This document shows, piece after piece, positions 32,078 to 40,751 of a stretch of DNA of 64,000 nt. Source of the DNA: Minisyncoccota bacterium (GTDB lineage Bacteria > Patescibacteriota > Minisyncoccia > Phycocordibacterales > UBA9973); contig DAOQAL010000002.1 in assembly GCA_035353995.1 (NCBI GenBank), positions 28,729 through 92,728 of the forward strand, in the 5' to 3' direction. The first letter of the stretch is position 1; each line of letters begins with the position of its first letter. Position numbers and translations under genes: made by a program. The notes below the pieces were generated by a model, which ran no database searches, had not been told where the DNA came from, and saw nothing but the letters and a program-made list of their open reading frames with translations.

Positions 32078-32208
32078 GTTTAACAGTGTTTTTATGTTAT
32101 AATTAGATAAACCTATTTTTAGGAAAATATTATTAGTAAGGTCGCATTTATTATTAGTTCAGCCACAGGCTGATATCCGCTCGAAGCGGTAAAATATTAA
32201 AAATTATT

Positions 32209-32583
32209 ATGAAAAAGAAGTTAATTGTTTTGTCAGGTTTGATTGCACTTGCTCCATTTGCTTTTGCTGATGCTGGTCTTTGTACTTTTCAAACTGGTAT
32301 TCAAGCAGTTATTTGTAAAATTGGTGAGATTTTAAATACAATTATACCAATTTTGATTGTATTGGGTGTTGTTTACTTCGTATGGGGAGTTATCACCTAT
32401 ATGATAAACGACGATGAAGAAGCAAAAAAGAGGGGAAAGAATAAAATTATTTACGGAATAATTGGTTTAGTTGTTATCGTTGGCATGTGGGGATTGGTAA
32501 AGATAATAACAAGCACTTTTGATTTGGATAATAATAGTGCAGGTATTGAAACTCCATGTGTCCCAGGAACTCCAGGATGTTAA
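32209..32583 (+). CDS. TrbC/VirB2-like pilin (candidate major subunit)
   Basis: Same pilin motif; own promoter (TGtTATAAT ~32095-32103) and structured leader. Confidence 0.75.
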   Translation: MKKKLIVLSGLIALAPFAFADAGLCTFQTGIQAVICKIGEILNTIIPILIVLGVVYFVWGVITYMINDDEEAKKRGKNKIIYGIIGLVVIVGMWGLVKIITSTFDLDNNSAGIETPCVPGTPGC

Positions 32584-32598
32584 AATAATTCATTATTT

Positions 32599-32922
32599 AT
32601 GGGATTTTTATTTGTAAATGTTGCATATGCGAGTGTTGATTCATTCGTAATAAATCTAAATAAGTTGATAATCAATCCTCTTATTTTATTACTCTTTGCT
32701 TTAGCTGTAGTATATTTTTTATATGGCATTGTTGAATTTCTTTCTAATCAAGAAAATGAAGATAAAAGAAGCAAAGGTAAAAGTCATATGATATGGGGAA
32801 TTATTGGAATGACTATTATGATGGGAGTATTTACTATTATGAAACTAATATTAAATACTTTAAATATAGATGGAATTAATCCAGAGAAGGGAACAGTGCA
32901 ACTAGATAATTATCCAGAATAA
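32599..32922 (+). CDS. TrbC/VirB2-like pilin
   Basis: IINPLI...FLYGIVEF...KGKSHMIWGIIG. Confidence 0.7.
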   Translation: MGFLFVNVAYASVDSFVINLNKLIINPLILLLFALAVVYFLYGIVEFLSNQENEDKRSKGKSHMIWGIIGMTIMMGVFTIMKLILNTLNIDGINPEKGTVQLDNYPE

Positions 32923-32943
32923 ATTTTTTGAAAATAAATTTCC

Positions 32944-32965
32944 AAAAACCCCGAAAGGGGTTTTT
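32944..32965 (+). terminator. intrinsic terminator of the pilin cluster
   Basis: AAAAACCCC-GAAA-GGGGTTTTT. Confidence 0.75.
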
Positions 32966-32981
32966 GTTTTTTAAGGAAAAT

Positions 32982-33011
32982 AAAAAAAGCGGTTTGCTTT
33001 CGCAAACCGCT
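32982..33011 (-). terminator. intrinsic terminator of the SPFH operon
   Basis: AGCGGTTTGC-TTTC-GCAAACCGCT with an A-run on + (U-tract on -). Confidence 0.75.
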
Positions 33012-33028
33012 CAGTGTTTTTTAAATTC

Positions 33029-33667
33029 TCAATCAGTCTTATAAAGAATGACCTCGAATGTACTAGTTTCTCCAGGAAGAGTTGAAACTCTCACTGGACC
33101 TTGTGTAGCATCATCGGGTAGTGGATCTCTGTTAATCTCTCCCTTTTTATACAATACTGATCTTGTCCATCCACAATTTTTGGAAGTGAACTCTACTTGG
33201 TAACTTACATAATTTTGAGTCCGAAATGCAAACCTGTAATGGACTCTTGAAGTTTCCCATACTTTACCAGGACCAATAGTTCCGCTTTCTATGTAGGTAA
33301 TTGGTTTACCATCCAAGTAAGCGTCATATTTGGTTCCAGAGAAACCGTAGACTACAACCTTACTTTGCCCGTTAATTAATCTGTCACAGCTGTTAACAAT
33401 AGAGCAGATAATAATAAAAGCAAAAACTATTCCAGCAGCTATTAAGACTAAATTAGCAATTTTTGAGAATTTATCCCAAGAACTCACTTTAGTTTTTTGA
33501 ACTATTTGAGTGTTTTGGGATTTAGTAGTGTCAGTTGTATCAGCAGTCAGCGTGCTTGTATTTTTTTCAGTTTTTGTTGCTGAACGACTTCTACTTACAT
33601 TCACTAAAATAATAGTGATGATACCAACTACAATAATGATTCCAGGTATTATCCAGAATAAATTCAT
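33029..33667 (-). CDS. hypothetical membrane protein (2 TM plus extracellular beta-rich domain)
   Basis: Two hydrophobic helices; ATGA overlap with the upstream SPFH gene. Confidence 0.7.
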   Translation of the reverse strand: MNLFWIIPGIIIVVGIITIILVNVSRSRSATKTEKNTSTLTADTTDTTKSQNTQIVQKTKVSSWDKFSKIANLVLIAAGIVFAFIIICSIVNSCDRLINGQSKVVVYGFSGTKYDAYLDGKPITYIESGTIGPGKVWETSRVHYRFAFRTQNYVSYQVEFTSKNCGWTRSVLYKKGEINRDPLPDDATQGPVRVSTLPGETSTFEVILYKTD

Positions 33668-34752
33668 TTTTTACCTCCTTCTTTTACTCTTTTAAATAAT
33701 TCTTCAAGACCACTAACGGCAGAAAACAATTCTCCACCTGGGATGATGGTGTAGTTCGCTTTTTGGATAGCTTCTTGCATGGTTTGTAACCAAATTACAA
33801 GCTTGCCTTCGTCTGTGCCAGCTTGTTTAGCAAGTTTTCCCATGCCGAATGCTTTTGCCTCGTAGATTAATTTTTCAACTTTAGCCTTAGTTTCTCCAAT
33901 TAAAAGCTCTGCCTTAGCAGTTCCTTCTCCTTGTTTCTCGATTCTAGTTTTTTCCCCATCCGCTGTAGCAGACATAGATTTTGCACCAAGAATAGCTTCT
34001 GAAACACCGACAACAGCTTTATTTAACCCATGACTGAAGTTGAAAGGTTTTATCTGGGCATTTATAACTTCAATTCCCCAACCACGTACCTCTTCCTCAA
34101 TTGATATTTTCAGTTGATTGCTATACTTATCAAGATTTTTGAGGGCTACTGCTGGTGTGATCTGTGCAAAATTTGCATTGAATTCAGCGATGCACGTATC
34201 TTCCATTTGCTTTCTTGCTTTTTCGATAGTACCAATAGTTGATACAAAAACTTCCAAATCTATAATTCTCCAGCGTATTACTGGGGTGACTTCCACAGTC
34301 ATTTGAATGTTGTATGGACTATCTTTTAGATCAGGGTATTTGTTATAATCAGGCTGACCAAAAGTTATTCTGATGGGTGGAAAGTACCCTTTGGTCATAG
34401 GCACATTTCCTTCTCCCTCTTTTGTTCGCCAGATCTTTTCTGGATCTGCGGGAAGCTCGTCTTGAATAACAAGAATAGTTTCTTTCTTTAAAGAAACAAA
34501 TCCTAGCAGAACAAAAACCAAACCAGATTTGACCTTGTCAATAGGCCTTCCAAATAAAAGAAGAAGTCCAACTTGATCCACCTCGACTCTACGTAGGCAA
34601 GCCATTGAATAAACAAATTCTACGGCAAAAGCACAACCAATAAGGTTGTATTTATTTACCCAATTGTCTTTTCCCGAAAACATCATGATAATTCCCGAAA
34701 TTAGCAGAATTATCAAACATGTAATAGCAAAATATTTTACTGTTTTTTTCAT
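33664..34752 (-). CDS. SPFH/Band 7 domain membrane protein
   Basis: N-terminal TMs, VGLLLLFGR, WGIEVINAQIK, A-E-rich coiled coil (ADGEK...EGTAKA). Confidence 0.8.
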   Translation of the reverse strand: MKKTVKYFAITCLIILLISGIIMMFSGKDNWVNKYNLIGCAFAVEFVYSMACLRRVEVDQVGLLLLFGRPIDKVKSGLVFVLLGFVSLKKETILVIQDELPADPEKIWRTKEGEGNVPMTKGYFPPIRITFGQPDYNKYPDLKDSPYNIQMTVEVTPVIRWRIIDLEVFVSTIGTIEKARKQMEDTCIAEFNANFAQITPAVALKNLDKYSNQLKISIEEEVRGWGIEVINAQIKPFNFSHGLNKAVVGVSEAILGAKSMSATADGEKTRIEKQGEGTAKAELLIGETKAKVEKLIYEAKAFGMGKLAKQAGTDEGKLVIWLQTMQEAIQKANYTIIPGGELFSAVSGLEELFKRVKEGGKK

Positions 34753-34852
34753 AATACACCTCCTCCAGTGGTGATTTTTTTTTATTTTTTATTGATGAAT
34801 TAATATATTTTTTTATATTTTCAACATTTATCAATGATCAAAATACCACTAT

Positions 34853-34881
34853 AGTATAGCATAAATAAAACAAAAAGTCAA
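34853..34881 (-). promoter_or_regulatory. sigma70 promoter of the SPFH operon
   Basis: Minus strand TTGACT-17 bp-TATACT with extended TG. Confidence 0.6.
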
Positions 34882-34930
34882 TCCCTTAGGACTGACTTTT
34901 TGATAATAATAATCTTATTTATAATGTTTA

Positions 34931-35674
34931 TTATGCGTGCTTTAATGGCACTGACTCATTTTCTTTGTTTGAGAACAACTTCCTCCATAGAACTACTATA
35001 AGCAATATTAGGATAAAGAAGAATATCCATTGAACAAGACTTGATGGCATAAATGCGCTTGAACCAAATATTGCATTTGATGCTAATTCGCTTTCTTGAT
35101 CACTTGTTTCTTTTATCGTCTTAGAATTTGCGCTAGTAGCCTGATTTGCAGTTGAACTTACAACTGAAGTTTTTGCTTTGGATGTTGTATTTGCGCTCGC
35201 ATTTGTGGGATTAGTTACTTTAAAAGTAATTGCATTTGAGTATCCTCCACCGGGAGCTGGGTTGAAAACTGAAATAGAGTAACTGCCAATTGTTCCAAGT
35301 TCGTAAGAATTCAATTGAGCTGTAAGAGTTGAAGAATTTATAAATGATGTATTCAAATCATGATCATTTAATCTAATATTTGATTCAGGAGTAAAATTTC
35401 TTCCTTTTACAGTTATTGTTATATTTGAATTCTTAGTTATAGAATTTGGACTTACTGAAGTTACTGAAGGATTAGGATTATAATCATCATTTGACCAATT
35501 TCCAGATCCTCCGTTGTTACTATCATCATAGTAACCAACATATTCACCATCTTCCCAACCAACATGATAATAAGCGTTTGCGTTGTTTGGTAATAAGACC
35601 AATAAGTTCAAAACAAAAACTATTGAAGTGGCAAAAACGAAAGATATTAAGTTTTTATAATTTATTTTAAACAT
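34931..35674 (-). CDS. IPT/TIG-domain surface protein with C-terminal membrane anchor
   Basis: NPNPSVTSVSPNS..ITVKGRNF..VFNPAPGGGYSN Ig-like motif; Ser/Thr linker; C-terminal TM. Confidence 0.8.
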   Translation of the reverse strand: MFKINYKNLISFVFATSIVFVLNLLVLLPNNANAYYHVGWEDGEYVGYYDDSNNGGSGNWSNDDYNPNPSVTSVSPNSITKNSNITITVKGRNFTPESNIRLNDHDLNTSFINSSTLTAQLNSYELGTIGSYSISVFNPAPGGGYSNAITFKVTNPTNASANTTSKAKTSVVSSTANQATSANSKTIKETSDQESELASNAIFGSSAFMPSSLVQWIFFFILILLIVVLWRKLFSNKENESVPLKHA

Positions 35675-35765
35675 ACTAACAGTATAGCATATTCGAAATA
35701 AAAAGTCAAGCCCTAAAATAGGCCTTAAAATAAGAACTAAATTAATGTATTAGTCCATTTTTTAG

Positions 35766-35847
35766 TGCTGGAGGAGGGACTCGAACCCTCAAGTCTTTCG
35801 ACACTAGTTCCTAAGACTAGCGCGTATACCAATTCCGCCACTCCAGC
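35766..35847 (-). tRNA. tRNA-Leu(TAG)
   Basis: GCTGGAG/CTCCAGC acceptor stem, anticodon loop CTTAGGA, long variable arm. Confidence 0.93.
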
Positions 35848-35900
35848 ATTATATAATTATAAGCTTATAAAATATTTCGTATGAAAACTTTTTAAGCTAG

Positions 35901-35973
35901 TCCGCCCAGTTGGATTTGAACCAACGACCAATCGCTTAAGAGGCGAGTGCTCTACCAACTGAGCTATGGGCGG
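35901..35973 (-). tRNA. tRNA-Lys(CTT)
   Basis: CCGCCCA/TGGGCGG acceptor stem, TAGCTCAGTTGGTAGAGC D-arm, loop CTCTTAA. Confidence 0.93.
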
Positions 35974-36024
35974 ATATATAAAAATACTTTTTTCTTTTTT
36001 AAATAAATATTCAATATTTATTTG

Positions 36025-36106
36025 TGCCCGGAGTGGGAATCGAACCCACACCTCTTGCGAGACACGATTTTAAGTCGTGCGCGTATACCAGTTCCGCCAT
36101 CCGGGC
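36025..36106 (-). tRNA. tRNA-Leu(TAA)
   Basis: GCCCGGA/TCCGGGC acceptor stem, loop CTTAAAA, long variable arm. Confidence 0.93.
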
Positions 36107-36163
36107 ATTTAAAATGTATTTTCTAATTATAATTTATTAATATTTTTTTCTCAAATTACAATG

Positions 36164-36235
36164 AGGCCTGGGGCGGAATCGAACCGCCGTATGAGAGTTT
36201 TGCAGACTCTAGCCTTACCACTTGGCGACCAGGCC
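36164..36235 (-). tRNA. tRNA-Cys(GCA)
   Basis: GGCCTGG/CCAGGCC acceptor stem, loop CTGCAAA, U discriminator. Confidence 0.93.
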
Positions 36236-36246
36236 ACTTTTCCATA

Positions 36247-36567
36247 TTACTTTGGTCTGAGCAATTCGTCAATTTTCTGTCTATTTTTTTCTCCTTTATC
36301 AATTTCAATATCAAGAAATGGTATAATTTTTATCTTCATATTTTTTTTCAAAAAATCTCTTAATTCTTTTCTTTTTCTTTTTGCAAAATCTAAAGCATCG
36401 TGTTCTTTTTCATCAGGAAGAACTGTTATAAATATTGTTGCATTTTTAAGATCATGAGAAATATTGCATGATGTTACAGTAATAAGAGATGTACGATTAT
36501 TTTCTCGTTCTAAAAAATTTGCGGATAGTTCTTTTATTAAATTTGCAACTTTTTCTGTTCTATCCAT
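36247..36567 (-). CDS. rbfA: ribosome-binding factor A
   Basis: ITVTSCNISHDLKNATIFI..IPFLDIEID; directly after infB. Confidence 0.85.
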   Translation of the reverse strand: MDRTEKVANLIKELSANFLERENNRTSLITVTSCNISHDLKNATIFITVLPDEKEHDALDFAKRKRKELRDFLKKNMKIKIIPFLDIEIDKGEKNRQKIDELLRPK

Positions 36568-36568
36568 T

Positions 36569-38077
36569 TTATTTTTGGGTTACGATAAAAGATTCAACTA
36601 TATCGCCTGGTGCAATTTCTGTTTTTGATTCAACCATCATTCCAAATTCTATGCCTTCCTCTACAGAAGAAGTTTTTGTTTTATTTTTTTCTAAATTTAC
36701 AATTCTTCCATTTCCTATTTCAAAATCTCTTCGTATTATCTTTACAGTGCTATTTAAAGCTATTTTACCTTCTATCACTTTACCACCCATTATTTGACGT
36801 TCTTTTGTCCTGCTGAATGTTTTTAATATTTTTGCTTTTCCAAGTATTTCAGTTGTTTCAACTTTTAATCTTCTTTTTTCCATTTCTTCTTCTAGCCATT
36901 CTGTCATTTTATAAATTATATTAAAGAAAGAAACAGTAATTCCTTTTTTCTCTGCTAATTCAGTCGCACTCTTGTCTATTTTTACATTGAATCCAACTAT
37001 TATTGCATCTGGACAACTTGCCACGGCTTTTACATCTGATTCAAGTATTGATCCTGCTCCTTTTTGAACGATTCTAAATTCAGTATTTTCACTTTTTATT
37101 TTGCTAATTTCTTTTTCTATAGCTTCAAGCGATCCTGAAACATCAGTTTTTATTACAATCGGAATTATTTTTTTATTTGTATCTTCTACGTTTATTGTTT
37201 TTTCGCAATTTATTTTTTCTTTTAAATTAGATGCATAATTTTCTGCATCCTTTTTATTTTTAAATGCAACAAATTCTGAACCTATATTAGGTATTTTACT
37301 AAAACCTATTAATCTGATAGGGGATGAGAATGTTGCTTCATCTACACTCTTTCCAAGAAAGTTTTCAATAATTCTTGTAGAACATATAGCATCTTCCACT
37401 GCTACTGTCATTCCTTTTTTTAAAGTACCATTTTTTATAATTAATGTAGCTTGAATACCTCTTTTGGAATCTAAATTTGCTTCAATAACAAAACCTGATG
37501 CTTCTTTTTCTTTTACTGCTGTTAAACTTTCCATTTCTGCAAGAATTAAAAGTAGCGATAATAGATTTTCTACACCTTCTCCTGTTTTTGCTGAAATTTC
37601 TGCAAATGGGATTTTTCCTCCATAGTTTTCCAAATATATTTCATTCTCTGCCAATTCTATTTTTGTTTTTTCAATATTTGCTCCAGGTTTGTCTATTTTA
37701 TTTATTGCAACAATATAAGGAACATTATTTTCAGTGATTGTTTTCCATGCCTCAATTGTTTGAGGTTTTACTCCATCTTCAGCTGATACGATAAGAATAG
37801 CTATATCTGCAATCTGTGCACCACGTTCACGCATTTTTGAAAAAGCCGCATGTCCTGGTGTGTCTAGAAATGTTATTTTTCTATCTTTTCCATGTTCATC
37901 TTTATGTATTACTTCATAAGCTGAAATATGCTGAGTAATTCCTCCAGCTTCTTTGTCTACAATGTTTGTATTTCTAATATAATCAAGTAGTGTAGATTTT
38001 CCGTGATCAATATGTCCCATTACCACTATTACAGGAGGACGTTCTACAATATTTTCTTTTGTAATTGTTTTTTCCAT
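36569..38077 (-). CDS. infB: translation initiation factor IF-2 (lacks N-terminal domain)
   Basis: [36 protein letters not shown]. Confidence 0.96.
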   Translation of the reverse strand: MEKTITKENIVERPPVIVVMGHIDHGKSTLLDYIRNTNIVDKEAGGITQHISAYEVIHKDEHGKDRKITFLDTPGHAAFSKMRERGAQIADIAILIVSAEDGVKPQTIEAWKTITENNVPYIVAINKIDKPGANIEKTKIELAENEIYLENYGGKIPFAEISAKTGEGVENLLSLLLILAEMESLTAVKEKEASGFVIEANLDSKRGIQATLIIKNGTLKKGMTVAVEDAICSTRIIENFLGKSVDEATFSSPIRLIGFSKIPNIGSEFVAFKNKKDAENYASNLKEKINCEKTINVEDTNKKIIPIVIKTDVSGSLEAIEKEISKIKSENTEFRIVQKGAGSILESDVKAVASCPDAIIVGFNVKIDKSATELAEKKGITVSFFNIIYKMTEWLEEEMEKRRLKVETTEILGKAKILKTFSRTKERQIMGGKVIEGKIALNSTVKIIRRDFEIGNGRIVNLEKNKTKTSSVEEGIEFGMMVESKTEIAPGDIVESFIVTQK

Positions 38078-38149
38078 ATTATTAAATTTTTTAGAGAAGT
38101 ATAGTTGTAAAAACTTTCCTATATGAAAATATTTACAACTACACTCCTG

Positions 38150-38605
38150 CTATACTTCTGCTTTTTTCAATGCTTCCTTTTCTTCTTCGGTAAGCTCGTA
38201 TTCGGATTTCTTATTTTTAATTGGTTTAGCAAATACGCTCATTCTTTCTCTTGAATATAAACTTGAAAGAACAACTCCATCTCCATCTTCATTTAGCATA
38301 CCTATAGAAAAACTTTGGTTACTGCCTTGATCTGGAAATGGGTTAAAACGAACTGTTTCTACACCGCGTATACTCTTTTTAAGTTTTGCATTTATTTTTT
38401 TAAGTTCATCTTCAGCATTTTCTTTTGCAATTTTCAACTTAGCAATATCACTTTCAAGGTTTTCAAGAGTTTCCTCTAGATCTTTTGCTTTCTTTCCTAA
38501 AAAGAATCTTTTTAAACGTTTTTCTGTATTAAAAACCCATACTATGTTTATTAAAATAATAATTGCTATAAAAATAAATAGGGCAATTTCGAACTTTATA
38601 TTCAT
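38150..38605 (-). CDS. DUF4446-like membrane-anchored coiled-coil protein
   Basis: N-terminal TM; VRFNPF..GSNQSFS..GDGVVLSSLYSR..YELTEEE. Confidence 0.75.
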   Translation of the reverse strand: MNIKFEIALFIFIAIIILINIVWVFNTEKRLKRFFLGKKAKDLEETLENLESDIAKLKIAKENAEDELKKINAKLKKSIRGVETVRFNPFPDQGSNQSFSIGMLNEDGDGVVLSSLYSRERMSVFAKPIKNKKSEYELTEEEKEALKKAEV

Positions 38606-38629
38606 AGTTATTTAATATATACTATTTTT

Positions 38630-39877
38630 ATGAAGAAATCAAAGGAAATATATTTAGATTATGCTTCAAGCACTCCAATAGAAAAGCGCGTTGTTTCTGC
38701 GATGAATCATATTATCAATAATAATTTCGCAAATCCGAGTGCTATTCATGAACTTGGTTTAAAATCTAAAGAAATTTTAAACAATGTAAGATCTAATATA
38801 GCAGATATTTTGGAAGTTAGGCCAAAAGAAATAATTTTTACAAGTGGTGCAACAGAAAATAATAATTTAGCAGTTTTAGGTATATTTCAAAAAACACATT
38901 TTAATTTTTTTCCTCACATTGTTACTACAAATATAGAGCATCCTTCTGTAATAGAAGTTTGTAAATATTTAGAAGAAACAAAACAAGCTGAAGTTACTTA
39001 TGTAAACGTAGAGCCAGATGGCATAGTTGACCCAAAAAAGATTAGTAAAGCTTTGAAAAAAAATACAGTGTTAGTTGCAATAATGTATGCGAATAATGAA
39101 ATAGGGACGATACAGCCAATAAAAGAAATTGCAAAAGAAATAAGACATTTTAAAAAAATGCAAATAGATACATTACTAAAAAAAGACAATACTATGTCTT
39201 CTCCTATTTTCCCAATTTTTTACGTTGATGCAACTCAAGCTGTAAATTATTTGCCAATTTCTGTGCCAAAACTCGGTGTAGATATGATGTCATTCAATGG
39301 AGATAAAATTTATGGTCCAAAGGATATAGGAGTTTTCTATTCTAGGAATAATATTCCATTAGGTAAAATCTTTTTTGGTGGTGATCAAGAATTTGGTAAA
39401 AGACCTGGTACAGAAAATCTTGCAAGTATCGTTGGATTGGATGAAGCGTTAAAAATTGTAGGAAAGATAAAAATTAATGAGAATAAAAGATTAATTAATC
39501 TAAGAAATTATTTTATTAAGCAATTAACAAATTCAAAAACTTTTAAAAAATATGGAATTTTGTTAAATGGAAGTTTGGAAAATAGATTGCCAAATAATAT
39601 AAATATAACAATACCAAAAATTCCAAGTGATTTACTCTTAGTAGAACTTTCTGCTAATGGAATATATGTTTCAGAAAAAAGTGCTTGCAAATCTGGTGAT
39701 AAAAAAAGTTCTCACGTTATTAATGCAATTTGTAATATTTCTGAATCAAATTCGTCAAATAAAGAGAGTAATTCCCTAAGATTTTCTTTGGGCAGAAGTA
39801 CAACAAAAGATGATTTAAATTACACCCTAAAGGTATTAGCTTCGACATTGAAAAAACTAGAAAAATGGTATTGCTAA
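38630..39877 (+). CDS. iscS: cysteine desulfurase (IscS/NifS type)
   Basis: YLDYASSTP, FTSGATE, EHPSV, NNEIG, GDKIYGPK, SAC catalytic Cys. Confidence 0.88.
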   Translation: MKKSKEIYLDYASSTPIEKRVVSAMNHIINNNFANPSAIHELGLKSKEILNNVRSNIADILEVRPKEIIFTSGATENNNLAVLGIFQKTHFNFFPHIVTTNIEHPSVIEVCKYLEETKQAEVTYVNVEPDGIVDPKKISKALKKNTVLVAIMYANNEIGTIQPIKEIAKEIRHFKKMQIDTLLKKDNTMSSPIFPIFYVDATQAVNYLPISVPKLGVDMMSFNGDKIYGPKDIGVFYSRNNIPLGKIFFGGDQEFGKRPGTENLASIVGLDEALKIVGKIKINENKRLINLRNYFIKQLTNSKTFKKYGILLNGSLENRLPNNINITIPKIPSDLLLVELSANGIYVSEKSACKSGDKKSSHVINAICNISESNSSNKESNSLRFSLGRSTTKDDLNYTLKVLASTLKKLEKWYC

Positions 39878-39936
39878 TGTCTTAGATAAGTTGTTCCTTG
39901 ATTTTGACTAAAAGAAAAGAATGATATAATGAAGGC

Positions 39937-40698
39937 ATGGATATGAAAGATTTAAACAAATCACAATTAGTTTTACTTACGATACTGATAAGTTTTATCA
40001 CTTCGATTGCTACAGGTATTTCTACCGTGTCCTTGTTACAGCAAGCACCTGTGTCTTTCACAGCACCTATCAATCGTATTGTAAGACAAACAGTAGAAAA
40101 GATTGTACCTGGTGAATCAAGTGTTCAAACAGTTGTCGTAAAAGAAGAAGATTTAGTAGTGGATGCTATAGCAAAAAATCAATCAACTGTTTTTGCAATA
40201 AGTAAAGATTCTTTTGATGAGTTTGGAAATTCAATAGAAGTATCTGCTGGAAGAGGATTTGCTGTTTCGAATGATGGAATTATTGTAGCTGACTCTTTGC
40301 AAGTTACAGGTTATGAAAAGTATTATGTAAAAAATGATAATGGTAAATTTAATGCTGAGTTTATTTCTGCGGACAAAAAAGGTTTTTCTTTCTTAAAAAT
40401 TGGAAAACCTATTGATGAAAAAAGTAAGTTGGTTTATACTGTTCCAGCTTCCGGTGATTTAGGGAATATGAAAGCTGGACAGAAGATCATTCTTTTGGGA
40501 AGCACTATTTCATCTTTTATTTATGAGGGTTCAAAAGATTTAAAAATTACTGTAAATAAAACAAATGCTGGTGGAATTTTGCTTGATATAGATGGAAATG
40601 TGCTAGGAATTGCTTTGTCTAATGAAACTATTTCTTTTGCTTCGATTGCAGATATTCTTAGCTCTTTGAAATCCCTAAACGAAACACCAAAAGCATAA
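39937..40698 (+). CDS. membrane-anchored trypsin/HtrA-like protein, catalytic residues apparently lost
   Basis: [15 protein letters not shown] and [19 protein letters not shown] align by eye to HtrA motifs. Confidence 0.65.
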   Translation: MDMKDLNKSQLVLLTILISFITSIATGISTVSLLQQAPVSFTAPINRIVRQTVEKIVPGESSVQTVVVKEEDLVVDAIAKNQSTVFAISKDSFDEFGNSIEVSAGRGFAVSNDGIIVADSLQVTGYEKYYVKNDNGKFNAEFISADKKGFSFLKIGKPIDEKSKLVYTVPASGDLGNMKAGQKIILLGSTISSFIYEGSKDLKITVNKTNAGGILLDIDGNVLGIALSNETISFASIADILSSLKSLNETPKA

Positions 40699-40751
40699 AA
40701 TATTGTTGTTCGCTATTAATTTTATTTATAAATTTTAATTTATATTTATTT

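Noticed and set aside
35857-36457. ORFs overlapping the tRNA cluster
   Set aside because: They overlap tRNA-Lys/Leu/Cys and rbfA; not protein-like.
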